From assembly GCA_963828735.1 (NCBI GenBank), contig CAWHFW010000005.1:384001-448000 (forward strand): a stretch of 64,000 nucleotides of DNA, written 5' to 3'. The notes under the pieces are model-generated. The model did not search any database. It was not told the origin of the DNA and was given only the letters and a program-made list of their open reading frames with translations. The DNA comes from an uncultured Gemmatimonadales bacterium (GTDB lineage Bacteria; Gemmatimonadota; Gemmatimonadetes; Gemmatimonadales; GWC2-71-9). Position numbers and translations under genes: made by a program. This document shows, piece by piece, positions 29,728 through 38,712 of the stretch; position 1 is the stretch's first letter; each line of letters begins with the position of its first letter.

Positions 29728-30135
29728 TCATTCGGCCCATCCTGCATCTCGGATATGCCGACGCTGCCAGATTCGCCAGTACACCCAGCCGTTCACCACG
29801 AGTACCAGCGTGCCCAGCGCGACCTGCATCGTTCGCGTGAGGCCGGCTGGGTAGAGCGCGGCCGTCACGTAGTGCTCGATGAACCCGCCCTCGTACGCCC
29901 GCTCGCCCGCGGCGCGGCGCCAGGCCTTCTCGACCGGCGTGAGGGGGCAGATGAAGCCGAGAAACTCGATCGCCGCGCCCCACGCCGCCGCGGGCAGGTG
30001 GACCCAGGCCAGCCTGGGCCACCGCAGGACCAGGAGTCCGCCGGCGATCACGAAGACCACAAAGGCCGCATGCAGGAGGAGCAGCACGTCGGCCAGGGCT
30101 CCGAACGGAACGGTCAGCGCATCGACCGAGGCCAT
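29728..30135 (-). CDS. DUF2784 family membrane protein
   Basis: LAD..LLLH.AF..FV..GG, HLPA..WG, CPLT.E, GFIEHY....YP. Confidence 0.87.
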   Translation of the reverse strand: MASVDALTVPFGALADVLLLLHAAFVVFVIAGGLLVLRWPRLAWVHLPAAAWGAAIEFLGFICPLTPVEKAWRRAAGERAYEGGFIEHYVTAALYPAGLTRTMQVALGTLVLVVNGWVYWRIWQRRHIRDAGWAE

Positions 30136-30276
30136 CGCTGGAATCAACTCTGGCGGCGCAGCGCGTTGTAGTAGGCAGACGGTCGCTTTGCCGTCGCGGG
30201 ACCGCCGTCGCCCCCAGCACAACGCCGAGGGCAAGGCGCCGACCCCGCCGGTCGCGAGGCATTCGACGCGTCTCAG

Positions 30277-30840
30277 CTACCAGAGCTCACCGGCTCGCCA
30301 TTCCGCGGAGAGCGAGTCGTTCAAGTCCACACGCGGCGATCCCGGGAGCCGATGGATCATGACCCCCTCGTCCGGCGTCTCGATGAGGTTCGAGCCCTGG
30401 CGGATGAACAGCCTCCCCGCCCATTCCTGCCATCCGAGACGCCGATAGAAATGCAGCCCTCGATCGGTTGGGGAGAGCGCCGCGAGCTCGAAGGCGGCCA
30501 CCTGGCTCACGAGCGTGCGCATCACGGCCGTTCCGAAGCCCCTGCCCTGGTGCACCGGGTCCGTGGCGACGGCCTCGAGATAGGCTGTTCGAAGCGGAGG
30601 GTCTCGTCCAGGCGCCAGCCAGCGCGTGATCCAAAGCGCGTGGCTCACGAGAACGCCGTCGGTCGTGGCCAGCACGTGCATAGGGTCGGTGAACGTCTGG
30701 AAGGTCGCTCGCAGGTCTTCGCCGTACGCCCGGTCGCAGAGTGCGAGAATCTCGCCCCGGACGCGGGGCGACAGCTCCGCGGCGGGAACCACGTGAAGCC
30801 TCAGGCTCTCACTCCGGGATGGCGCTGTAGGATTGCGCAT
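30277..30840 (-). CDS. GNAT acetyltransferase, AAC(2')-I-like
   Basis: H......SHA....R, LRTAY.EAVA.DP..QGRG, FY..LGW..W.G, TPDE and C-terminal WRAGELW. Confidence 0.8.
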   Translation of the reverse strand: MRNPTAPSRSESLRLHVVPAAELSPRVRGEILALCDRAYGEDLRATFQTFTDPMHVLATTDGVLVSHALWITRWLAPGRDPPLRTAYLEAVATDPVHQGRGFGTAVMRTLVSQVAAFELAALSPTDRGLHFYRRLGWQEWAGRLFIRQGSNLIETPDEGVMIHRLPGSPRVDLNDSLSAEWRAGELW

Positions 30841-31019
30841 CAGTGCTGGCGATAAGCGGGTGATCTGAGCATGAGCGATGGCGCGGGGGTAGAGCAGGGT
30901 CGCATGCTCACGACATCGGGCAACCAGCCTGGACGTCGTGCAGGAAGTACGTCAGGACCACGGCCCGTGACGGGGATGCCTGGATGGTATGAGTGATCGC
31001 GCTCCCGCGAAAGGGGAAT

Positions 31020-31250
31020 CGAGCGGGGCGGTATCAGGAACGCACGATCACCGTTCGGAACGGACGGCTGTACTACCGCCGCGGCTCGAACCCGGAGTCG
31101 CCGCTCAGGCCCATGGCCCAGGACCTCTTCGAGGTGGAGGCGAACCCCGCGCTCCGCGTGCGATTCGTCGGGGCTGCCACGGGGCCGGCTGAGAAGCTGA
31201 TCAGATCGATGGCGAGGGGACGATCGACGAGTCGGTGCGATCGAAGTGAG
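31020..31250 (+). pseudogene. Probable C-terminal fragment of a larger exported enzyme (S41 peptidase or serine hydrolase tail-like)
   Basis: AGRYQERTITVRNGRLYYRRG..PESPLRPM..DLFE....RVRF, with no credible start or N-terminal domain. Confidence 0.4.
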
Positions 31251-31336
31251 CTTCCCGCGGGAGTTCGAGCGCAAGCTTCGGGAGGCGACTTCGGATCGCG
31301 GCCGCTAGCTTCGGCGCTCCCCTATCGGAGCAGCTC

Positions 31337-31813
31337 ATGTCGCGCTACCGCGTCCGAAGCATTCCCGAGACCATCGCCCACGCGGTGCGGACCTCGTTGC
31401 GGTCTCCCCAGTACGGGCACCCCGCCCACATGGAGATGGCCGCCGGCTACGGGCCCTGCCGCCTCTGCCTGCGCACCTTCGAGCTCGGCGTGGAGCAACG
31501 GCTGCTCTTCACCTATCAGCCGTTTACGGATCCAGCGGCGCTGCCCGCGCCCGGCCCCGTCTTCATCCATCGGGATCCGTGCGAGCCGTATGACGCGCCG
31601 GTCTTTCCCGAGACGCTCCGCCCCCTGCCCCTCGTCGTCGAGGGCTACGGTGAGGCGGGAGCGCTCGTGGCGCAGCGCCGTGTCGGCGACCTGCGGGTCG
31701 AGTTCGTCCTCGAACAGGTGCTGGAGCATTCCGAGGTGCGGTACGCGCACCTGCGCAACGCCGACGCGGGGTGCTTCATCGCTCGGGTCGATCGCGAGAG
31801 CGGGCTCGTCTGA
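31337..31813 (+). CDS. DUF1203 domain protein
   Basis: PCR.CL, LL..YQP, GPVFIH...C, HLRNA..GCF; GGAG RBS. Confidence 0.87.
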   Translation: MSRYRVRSIPETIAHAVRTSLRSPQYGHPAHMEMAAGYGPCRLCLRTFELGVEQRLLFTYQPFTDPAALPAPGPVFIHRDPCEPYDAPVFPETLRPLPLVVEGYGEAGALVAQRRVGDLRVEFVLEQVLEHSEVRYAHLRNADAGCFIARVDRESGLV

Positions 31814-31914
31814 CCGGTCGCGACGGGCGCGCGAGCGGTTCGGGCACCGGCGGTGATCGTGCGGTCGAGTCGTGACCCACAGGTCGGGTGGCGATCAATC
31901 GCCGGTCCCGTGAC

Positions 31915-32232
31915 CTAGCGTTCCAGGTCCAATCGGCGCGACTCCTGGGCCTGCGCCAGGATGCGCTCGGCGAAATCGAGGCGCTCCTGGGTTTCGCTCA
32001 ACTCCCGCCGCAAGCCGTTCACATCGATCTCGAGCACCTCCAGGCGAGCCGGCAGGTCACCCGCGACGGCGCCGTGTAGGCGCTGCGCCCACAGGCCGAA
32101 CGCAACGGCGAGCAGGGCATGAACCCCCGCGTGCCAGGGCTCCGCCGCATTGGCGGCGGCGCCGACGGCAATCAGGTTGATGCCGCTCAGCACGGCGGCG
32201 ATGGGACGCCAGAGCGTGGGCTTGAAGGTCAT
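31915..32232 (-). CDS. Small membrane protein, PspB-like C-terminus (ERLDFAER)
   Basis: Two TM helices followed by LRRELSETQERLDFAERIL; AGGA RBS. Confidence 0.75.
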   Translation of the reverse strand: MTFKPTLWRPIAAVLSGINLIAVGAAANAAEPWHAGVHALLAVAFGLWAQRLHGAVAGDLPARLEVLEIDVNGLRRELSETQERLDFAERILAQAQESRRLDLER

Positions 32233-32312
32233 GGCGACATCCTGTCTTGGAGTCCGCCTGCATCAAAAGCGAAACGACTGGGAAAGAACTACGGCCATTC
32301 CGGCTCCAGGGT

Positions 32313-32717
32313 TCAGCCGACCTCGACCGTATTGTGCAACGCGGCGATCTCCCAGCCACCCGGCTCCTTCGTCAGCACCAGGGTGAAGCGTGCCCCATGC
32401 CGGCCGGCGAGCGGACCCCGGGGGGCGTCCAATCTGGAGTGAACGTGGACGAGGGCGACGTCGGGACGCAGCAGGCGCGCCGCCTCGACGGACAAGTGGT
32501 TGGTGCTTCCGGCGTAGATGGTCTTAAAGATCGCGGCGTGACCCGCCCCGATCGCGGGCCGCCCGCGGAAGTGCTCGCCGCGGATCGTGACGAAGTCCGC
32601 ATCATTGGCAAACGGCGCCGCGAACGCCTCGCCGTCCCCCGCGTTCCAGGCGGCCTCCAGCAAGCTTGCGATACGCTCGAACGCAGCCCCGTCCTCCCGC
32701 GGCCCGTCGGCCATCAC
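32313..32717 (-). CDS. NTF2-like SgcJ/EcaC (DUF4440) family protein
   Basis: AWNAGD..AFA..F..DADFV...G....GR.AI..GH; W.I.A.HN. Confidence 0.87.
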   Translation of the reverse strand: MMADGPREDGAAFERIASLLEAAWNAGDGEAFAAPFANDADFVTIRGEHFRGRPAIGAGHAAIFKTIYAGSTNHLSVEAARLLRPDVALVHVHSRLDAPRGPLAGRHGARFTLVLTKEPGGWEIAALHNTVEVG

Positions 32718-32736
32718 GGTACTCTCGTCTGGGTCG

Positions 32737-33039
32737 TCACGGTGCCCGTATATGCTGCATGTTCACCCTCCCTGCGGGGGTCAGGCGTCGCCGACGCGGC
32801 ACCGGATCGACGAGATGCACCGCATATCCGGTCGAGGCGAGCCAGAGCGCAGAGGCGCCGGCGGCTCCGCCGACGTCCGCGATGGTGGCGGGAGGTGGCG
32901 GCGCGAAGCGCCGGATCAGCTCCCGGCTCCGCTCCTCCTCGAGCTGGAATGGTCCCTGCTCGAGCCGTGACTCCTCGGGTGTCCGATCATAGAAGTCCGC
33001 GATGACCGGGTCGAAGCCCCCGGGGGGCAGCTTGCTCAT
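32737..33039 (-). pseudogene. Truncated class I SAM-dependent methyltransferase
   Basis: FY....EESRL, DVGGAAG..A.WLA..GY.V.LVDP; resemblance stops after motif II at ~80 aa. Confidence 0.65.
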
Positions 33040-33090
33040 GCCGACATTCCTCGCGTCCGGCGAGGCGAAGGCCTTCCCGAGGCAACGATC

Positions 33091-34497
33091 TCACCCCACC
33101 ACGGGGAGCGCCACGCGGAATACCGTCCGCCCTGGCTCGGACTCCACCTCGATCGAGCCTTCGTTCCGGTCGACGAGTCGCCTGACGATGTCGAGGCCGA
33201 GCCCGGTCCCCTGCCCCACGGGCTTCGTGGTGAAGAACGGGTCGAAGATCCTGCTTCTCACGTCCGCCGGGATCCCCGGTCCATCGTCGGTCACGCGGAC
33301 CACGACCTTCCCTCCTTCCGCGCGTGCCGTCACGATCACCCGCCCCTCCTGGCTCACCGCGTCGAGCGCGTTGTCGATGAGGTTGGCCCACACCTGATTC
33401 AGCTCGCCGCCGAATCCGCACACCCGCGGCAGGTCCGGGGGCACGTCCACTGCCAGCGACGCCGACTTCCCGCGCGCTTTGGCCCCCATCACGGCCAGCG
33501 TGTCGGTGAGTCCCTTGGCGACGTCCACCGGCTCGGCAGACGGCGCGTGGTCCATGTACGTGAAGCCCTTCACGGCGCTGACCAGCTCGTGCACCCGCGT
33601 GGCGGCCCGCTCGACGTCGCGCGCGAGCCCGCGCACGGTGCACGCGGCCGCCACCCAGCGGAGCGACGCGCGGAGCCGATCGCTGTCGACCGCCGTCGCG
33701 AGCTCGTCGAGCGTTGCGAGCGTGACGTTCGTCTCGCCCAGCGGGGCCGCGAGCGCATCATCGACGCCATGATCCGTCAGCCAATCGGCGAGCGCCTCCT
33801 CGCGATCCGCGCGCTCGAGCGGCGAGAACACCCCCGTGGAAGGTCCCCCGCTGCAGACCCAGCGGACGCGCTCGACCGCCGCCAGCGCCAGGCCATCGAG
33901 ATCCGCCTCCCCGAGCGCCCGAGACGCCTCCTCCGACTCCGCCAGGGCCGCGGCGATGAGCTGGGCGCTCCTGGCGGCCGCGGACGCAGGGTTGTTCAGC
34001 TCGTGGGCCAGCCCCGCCGCCAGCTTGCCGAGGGAGGCCATCTTCTCCACCTGCAGGTCGCTGACCTTGAACGCCCGTGCCCGGTCGACCATCACGTGCA
34101 CCAGCTCCGCGGTCACGTGCGGGCACTCGATCGGCAGCGCCGGCAGGTGCTCGCGGCCGACGCGCAGCAGCTCGGTCGGCTCCTCGATCACGGAATTCCC
34201 CGGCGCGGTGGCCATCCGAGAGTACGGCAGCAGCCCGGTCGCGTCCCCATCGCGCCAGTCCACGGCCTTGCGCCACGTGCCGCCTTGGTCCAGGAAGTGG
34301 GCCACGTGCCCCTTGAAGATGATGTAGAGCGCTTCGACCGGCTCACCCTTGCGCGCGACCATCGCGCCAGGCTCGTAGCGCTCGAGCGTCCCGTGGGCGG
34401 CCAGCCACTCCAGCTCCTCGCGCGGCGCCTTCCCGAGGGCCCGGTGCGCCACCAGGCGGGCGAAGAGGTCTGCCTCGTCTTTCGGAGTCTCGGTCAT
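33091..34497 (-). CDS. Cytoplasmic histidine kinase with N-terminal cyclic-nucleotide-binding-like domain
   Basis: ATG 34497; cNMP-like domain; LAHELNNP, NQVW.NLIDNA, DDGPGI, FFTTK, GTGLGL. Confidence 0.92.
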   Translation of the reverse strand: MTETPKDEADLFARLVAHRALGKAPREELEWLAAHGTLERYEPGAMVARKGEPVEALYIIFKGHVAHFLDQGGTWRKAVDWRDGDATGLLPYSRMATAPGNSVIEEPTELLRVGREHLPALPIECPHVTAELVHVMVDRARAFKVSDLQVEKMASLGKLAAGLAHELNNPASAAARSAQLIAAALAESEEASRALGEADLDGLALAAVERVRWVCSGGPSTGVFSPLERADREEALADWLTDHGVDDALAAPLGETNVTLATLDELATAVDSDRLRASLRWVAAACTVRGLARDVERAATRVHELVSAVKGFTYMDHAPSAEPVDVAKGLTDTLAVMGAKARGKSASLAVDVPPDLPRVCGFGGELNQVWANLIDNALDAVSQEGRVIVTARAEGGKVVVRVTDDGPGIPADVRSRIFDPFFTTKPVGQGTGLGLDIVRRLVDRNEGSIEVESEPGRTVFRVALPVVG

Positions 34498-34501
34498 CGC
34501 C

Positions 34502-36163
34502 CTATACCGTGCGCAGATACTGGTGGACCATGCTGACCGTGGCCGACCCCTCGCCGACGGCCGCCGCGACGCGCTTCCCGGAGCCGTGGCGCGCATCGCC
34601 GGCACAGAAGACACCGGGGACATTCGTCTCGAAGAGGTATGGATCGCGCAGAGCGGTCCAGCCGGCCGGGGGACGTCCATCGGTCATCACCTCGCGCCCG
34701 GTGAGCACGAAGCCCTGCGAGTCGCGCATGACGAGGTTCCCGCACAGCGCTGTTCGGGGGGTGGTCCCGATGAAGATGAACATGGCGGCCGCCGGCAGCT
34801 CCCGTCGGGCGCCGCTCTCCGCGTCGGTTACCGTGACTGCCTCGAGCCGCCCGTTGCCGCGCGCCGAGGCCACGCTGGCGTTCACCAGTACTTCCACATT
34901 CTGCGCCTCGCGGATCCGGTCCACGAGATAGCTGGACATACCGGCCGCGATGTCGGGCCCGCGCACGAGCATGGTGACCTTACGAGCGTACCGCGAAAAG
35001 AACATTGCCCCCTGCCCCGCCGAGTTCGCGCCACCGACGACGATCACGTCGCAGCCGCGGTAGGTCGCGGCCTCGCTGAGCGCGGCGCCGTAGTACACCC
35101 CCGCGCCGAGGAGCGGCTCGATGCCGTCGGCGTCGAGTCGCCGCACCTCCATGCCCGGCGCGATCATGAGTGCATACCCCGTCAGCTCGGATCCATCGGC
35201 GAGGATCACCTTCCGGTACGGATCCTCGCGCCTGATCTCGACCGCCTCCTGCGTCGCGAGGATTTCGGCGCCGAAGCGCCTGGCCTGGGCCGCCGCACCT
35301 CGTGCGAGATCCGCTCCGGTGACACCATTCGGAAAGCCGAGGTAGTTCTCGATCTTCGAGCTGGTTCCGGCCTGACCACCCGGAGCGCTGCGTTCGACGA
35401 GGATCGTGCGCAGCCCTTCCGAGGCGCCATACACCGCGCCCGCGAGACCGGCCGGACCCCCGCCGACGACGATGAGATCGTAGAACGTCTTCTGGGCGCG
35501 CGTCTGCAACCCGACCCTCTCGGCCAGCTCCCGGATGGTGGGCTGCACCAACGTCGTCCCATCTGGGAACAGCACCATCGGAAGCCGCGCCACGCCGCCG
35601 CTGGCGCCCGAGAGGAGCTCGTGGACGGTCGCCTCGTTGTCCATGTCGAGCCACCTGTACGGCACCTGGTTGGACGCGAGGAAGTCCTTTACCGCGTAGC
35701 TCGCCGGCGAGAGCGCCGTGCCCGCCACGCGGATGCCATCGAACCCGGGCCTGGCGCGGGCGAACCACTCGGAGAGAAGGTCCTCGAGCACCGGATAGAG
35801 CCGGACGCTCGGCGGCTCCCACGGCTTCAGGAGGTAGTGATCGAGCCCGACTTGGTTGATCGCGGTGATGGCGGTGTCGGTGTCGGCATACGCGGTGAGT
35901 AGTACGCGTCGCGCATCCGGATAGATCTTGACCGCCTCGAGCAGGAATTGCGTCCCGGTCATATGCGGCATGCGCTCGTCGACCAGGAAGAGCGCCACCT
36001 GCGCGCCCCGCAGCAGGAGCTGGCGGATCGTGTCCAGTGCCTCCGCGCCGGACGACGCCTTGACCACACGATAGTCCGAGCGGAAATGGTGCCGGAGATC
36101 GCGCTCGATGGCGTTCAACACTTCCGGGTCGTCATCTACTGTCAGCAGGACGGGCTTGCTCAT
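34502..36163 (-). CDS. Response-regulator receiver fused to a thioredoxin-reductase-like FAD oxidoreductase
   Basis: REC (VDDD, DERMP, LTAY, KPW), GGGPAG, GGQAG.S..IENYLGFP, GGANSA, T..PG.F.AGD, AVGEG. Confidence 0.93.
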   Translation of the reverse strand: MSKPVLLTVDDDPEVLNAIERDLRHHFRSDYRVVKASSGAEALDTIRQLLLRGAQVALFLVDERMPHMTGTQFLLEAVKIYPDARRVLLTAYADTDTAITAINQVGLDHYLLKPWEPPSVRLYPVLEDLLSEWFARARPGFDGIRVAGTALSPASYAVKDFLASNQVPYRWLDMDNEATVHELLSGASGGVARLPMVLFPDGTTLVQPTIRELAERVGLQTRAQKTFYDLIVVGGGPAGLAGAVYGASEGLRTILVERSAPGGQAGTSSKIENYLGFPNGVTGADLARGAAAQARRFGAEILATQEAVEIRREDPYRKVILADGSELTGYALMIAPGMEVRRLDADGIEPLLGAGVYYGAALSEAATYRGCDVIVVGGANSAGQGAMFFSRYARKVTMLVRGPDIAAGMSSYLVDRIREAQNVEVLVNASVASARGNGRLEAVTVTDAESGARRELPAAAMFIFIGTTPRTALCGNLVMRDSQGFVLTGREVMTDGRPPAGWTALRDPYLFETNVPGVFCAGDARHGSGKRVAAAVGEGSATVSMVHQYLRTV

Positions 36164-36444
36164 GCGGTCGGTGATTCGGGATCAGGTACATCGTGGCGAT
36201 GCGTCTGGGGCAGCTCCACCCGGGGGTGACCCGCGGCGACGGCCCGCTCCAGGAAATCGATCCGTTCGTGCAGCTCCTCGAGCTCCGCCTGGACCCGATG
36301 GATCGCAGGGTCGTCGACGATGCCGGGTGAACCTCCACCCTCGATGCGCTTCGCGAGCGCGCTCGCGACGGGCCCGAGGACCCTGACGAGCACCCAGCCG
36401 GCCGCGAGCAGGCCGCCGAGGTCTATGAGCGTGAAATCGTGCAC
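36160..36444 (-). CDS. Small membrane protein, PspB-like (ERIDFLER)
   Basis: TM helix, GP...ALAKRIEG, ELEELHERIDFLER; stop overlaps the ATG of REC-TrxB (ATGA). Confidence 0.75.
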   Translation of the reverse strand: MHDFTLIDLGGLLAAGWVLVRVLGPVASALAKRIEGGGSPGIVDDPAIHRVQAELEELHERIDFLERAVAAGHPRVELPQTHRHDVPDPESPTA

Positions 36445-36523
36445 GGTTCTCAGCCCCGGTAGCTCGGCGCCATCGCGGGAAGCTTGGGGTGCCCGCGCCA
36501 GTCGGCGGCAGGGGGTGCCGAAT

Positions 36524-36685
36524 TCAGTCCGGCTTGACTACGGGCGCCGGGGGCGGCTCGTCGGCCTGGGGTTCCGTCGACGGCACGTCGGCCCGATCGC
36601 GCTTCCGTTGCCGCTTCTCCTCCTGCTTCCGCTGTTTGTTGAGCTCCTTCTGCCGCTTCTCGTATCCATAGTTGCGCTTGGGCAA
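36524..36685 (-). CDS. Small basic conserved hypothetical protein
   Basis: TTG start, MPKRNYGYEKRQKELNKQRKQEEKRQRK; resembles widespread NY..EKRQ.EL small proteins. Confidence 0.65.
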   Translation of the reverse strand: MPKRNYGYEKRQKELNKQRKQEEKRQRKRDRADVPSTEPQADEPPPAPVVKPD

Positions 36686-36803
36686 GCCGACACCCCCGAG
36701 TACTGCCGCGGATCGCTCGTGCGCGACAAGGCGCCGCCGACGGCTTCGCGGATCTCCTCGAAAGTAGCCTCTCACCGGCGGCCTCGCTGCCCCGGCCGGC
36801 CGG

Positions 36804-37127
36804 TCACACGATCTGCCGCTCCTCGGTGACGAAGTAGGCGCTCCGCGAGGGATCCACGAAATTGGCCTCATCGGCCGTCGAAGCAGCCCACTCCGGCGAC
36901 TGCCGCGCCCGTAGCATCGCCGCCAAGTCGTCGAACCAAAGCTCGGCCATGCCGTCGAAATCGGCGGGCCGATCATTGCCGGACATCGCCAGCGCGTAGC
37001 TCTGCACGAGCTTTCGGAGGCCGGGAATACGCGCGCCGATGGGTCCGTGGACGTCCGCCCAGTAGCGGACGAACTCCTCGCGACTGAGCTCCGGCCTTCG
37101 GTGGATGCAATAGACCAGCTTCACCAC
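36804..37127 (-). CDS. EthD family protein
   Basis: R...LSREEF..YW...HGP....PGL..Y, FDG.AELWF, DE.NF.D. Confidence 0.9.
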   Translation of the reverse strand: MVKLVYCIHRRPELSREEFVRYWADVHGPIGARIPGLRKLVQSYALAMSGNDRPADFDGMAELWFDDLAAMLRARQSPEWAASTADEANFVDPSRSAYFVTEERQIV

Positions 37128-37176
37128 AGGTGGCTCTCCGATCCCGCGCCCCGAGAGCGACGAATGACGGGCGCGC

Positions 37177-37377
37177 TCAGCCCGCGACCGTGGGCTGCGA
37201 CAGGAGCCGCCATGCCCAGATGGCCATCGCTCCTGCGGCCAGGAAGACGATCAACGAGACCGCCGCCGGAACCGGGTGGCCGGCAATCAGGAGCGGCCAC
37301 CGCGTAAAGGTGCGAATCAGGTGAATGATGGCGACGAGACCGAACACGAAGCCGGATATCCGCACATAGGATCGCAT
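37177..37377 (-). CDS. Small two-TM membrane protein
   Basis: AAGGAG RBS; MRSYVRISGFVFGLVAIIHLIR...WAWRL. Confidence 0.7.
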   Translation of the reverse strand: MRSYVRISGFVFGLVAIIHLIRTFTRWPLLIAGHPVPAAVSLIVFLAAGAMAIWAWRLLSQPTVAG

Positions 37378-37506
37378 CCTGTTCTCCTTCCCTCGGTACC
37401 GGAATGGGGTGAGGCCATTGCGGAGCGCCCACGCCGGGTGCATCAGCCGCGCCGGGCACGCTCCCTGCCTCCCGGGAGCTAAACGCGCTTCTTCCCAGGA
37501 GGATCC

Positions 37507-37896
37507 ATGCGTTCAGCCCGACATTTTGGAACGGCTCTGGCGGTTCTCGCTGCAACGGCTTGCAGCTCCTTCACCCCGACCAGCCAGAGTCAGCCGTCCC
37601 CGGCCGTTCGGCGGGGGCCAAGCACCGCCGCCACGCTGGGCATCCCGCCCGGCCACCTACCGCCTCCCGGCCAGTGTCGCGTCTGGCTGCCCGGCACGCC
37701 GCCCGGCCATCAGCCGCGGCCGCGCAGCTGTGCCGACATCGAGCGCACCGCTCCGGCGGGCAGCTGGATCGTCTACCGTCCCAGCAAGGACCGGAAGGTG
37801 GTCCAGGTGCGAGTCGTCGATGAACGGCGGGCCGGAGTCGTCGTACGCCTGCGCGTGTACGACGCCGAGCGGGGAACGCTGATTCGGGAAGACTGA
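37507..37896 (+). CDS. Hypothetical lipoprotein with IPPGHLPPPG.CR.W motif
   Basis: AGGAGG RBS; lipobox ATAC; GIPPGHLPPPGQCRVWLPGTPPGHQP. Confidence 0.8.
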   Translation: MRSARHFGTALAVLAATACSSFTPTSQSQPSPAVRRGPSTAATLGIPPGHLPPPGQCRVWLPGTPPGHQPRPRSCADIERTAPAGSWIVYRPSKDRKVVQVRVVDERRAGVVVRLRVYDAERGTLIRED

Positions 37897-37970
37897 CTTC
37901 GGCGCTCGGGCGTCGGTACGCGGTCAGCAGTACGAGAACGCCGGCCCCCGGCACCGGGGCCGAGCCATCC

Positions 37971-38456
37971 TCACCCCGCTTCCGATGTCTCGACCCCTTT
38001 CCACCCGAACGGTCGCTCCCGAAGGATCCAGAGGAGATACGCCACCGGCACCGCCTCAAGTGCCGCAAGCCTCACGCTGCCAACCAGCAGCCGCCCCCAC
38101 GTCGCGACCGGATCGCCGGGGTGCAGCCATTCCATACCCATGAGCGCGGCCAACGCCGCGGGCACGCCCGCGGTGAACGCGACCAGGAGCGCGCCCGGGT
38201 AGCTCCGGGACAGCGACCGCCCGCTTCGCATCACGAACCCGCTGCAGGCGAACGCCTGCAGCACGAGAACGGCGAGCTGCGCTCCCGTGAGTGCCGCGGC
38301 GGTCCGTCTCGGCCAGCCGAGCGTGGCCGAGATCGCCAGCGCCGCGCCGACCACCGCGAAGGTCCCGCTCATCCAGGCGACCAGGCCGTCCCAGATGCGA
38401 TCCGGAATCGGTGTGTCGCTCGGCGCGGTCGTCGCCTCGTCCGAGCGCTCGATCAA
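37971..38456 (-). CDS. Hypothetical membrane protein (about 4 TM)
   Basis: Hydrophobic helices in ORF 37971..38567; start uncertain (TTG 38456). Confidence 0.5.
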   Translation of the reverse strand: MIERSDEATTAPSDTPIPDRIWDGLVAWMSGTFAVVGAALAISATLGWPRRTAAALTGAQLAVLVLQAFACSGFVMRSGRSLSRSYPGALLVAFTAGVPAALAALMGMEWLHPGDPVATWGRLLVGSVRLAALEAVPVAYLLWILRERPFGWKGVETSEAG

Positions 38457-38712
38457 GGGACGGCCAGAGGCAGATGCCTGCGGGCAAGATGGGGAGGCGT
38501 CATCCGCTCCTCGCGTGTGATCGAGAATTGCCGACTCATTCTCACCCACCAGGCCATGACGGGTCAAGCCAGACTGGCATCGTCGTCCACATTGACGGCT
38601 CGGCCCGTCACCTGTTCCTTACGCTGCTCGAGCAGCGAATCCGCGTCCAAATTCCGAAGAGCAGACCCGCCGGCCGGACGAACCGGAATTCCGGCGCCAC
38701 ACGGGTCAGGAG

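Noticed and set aside
23650..31000. Run of short co-oriented genes as an integron cassette array
   Set aside because: No recurring RYYYAAC...GTTRRRY attC palindromes in the spacers and no integrase seen.
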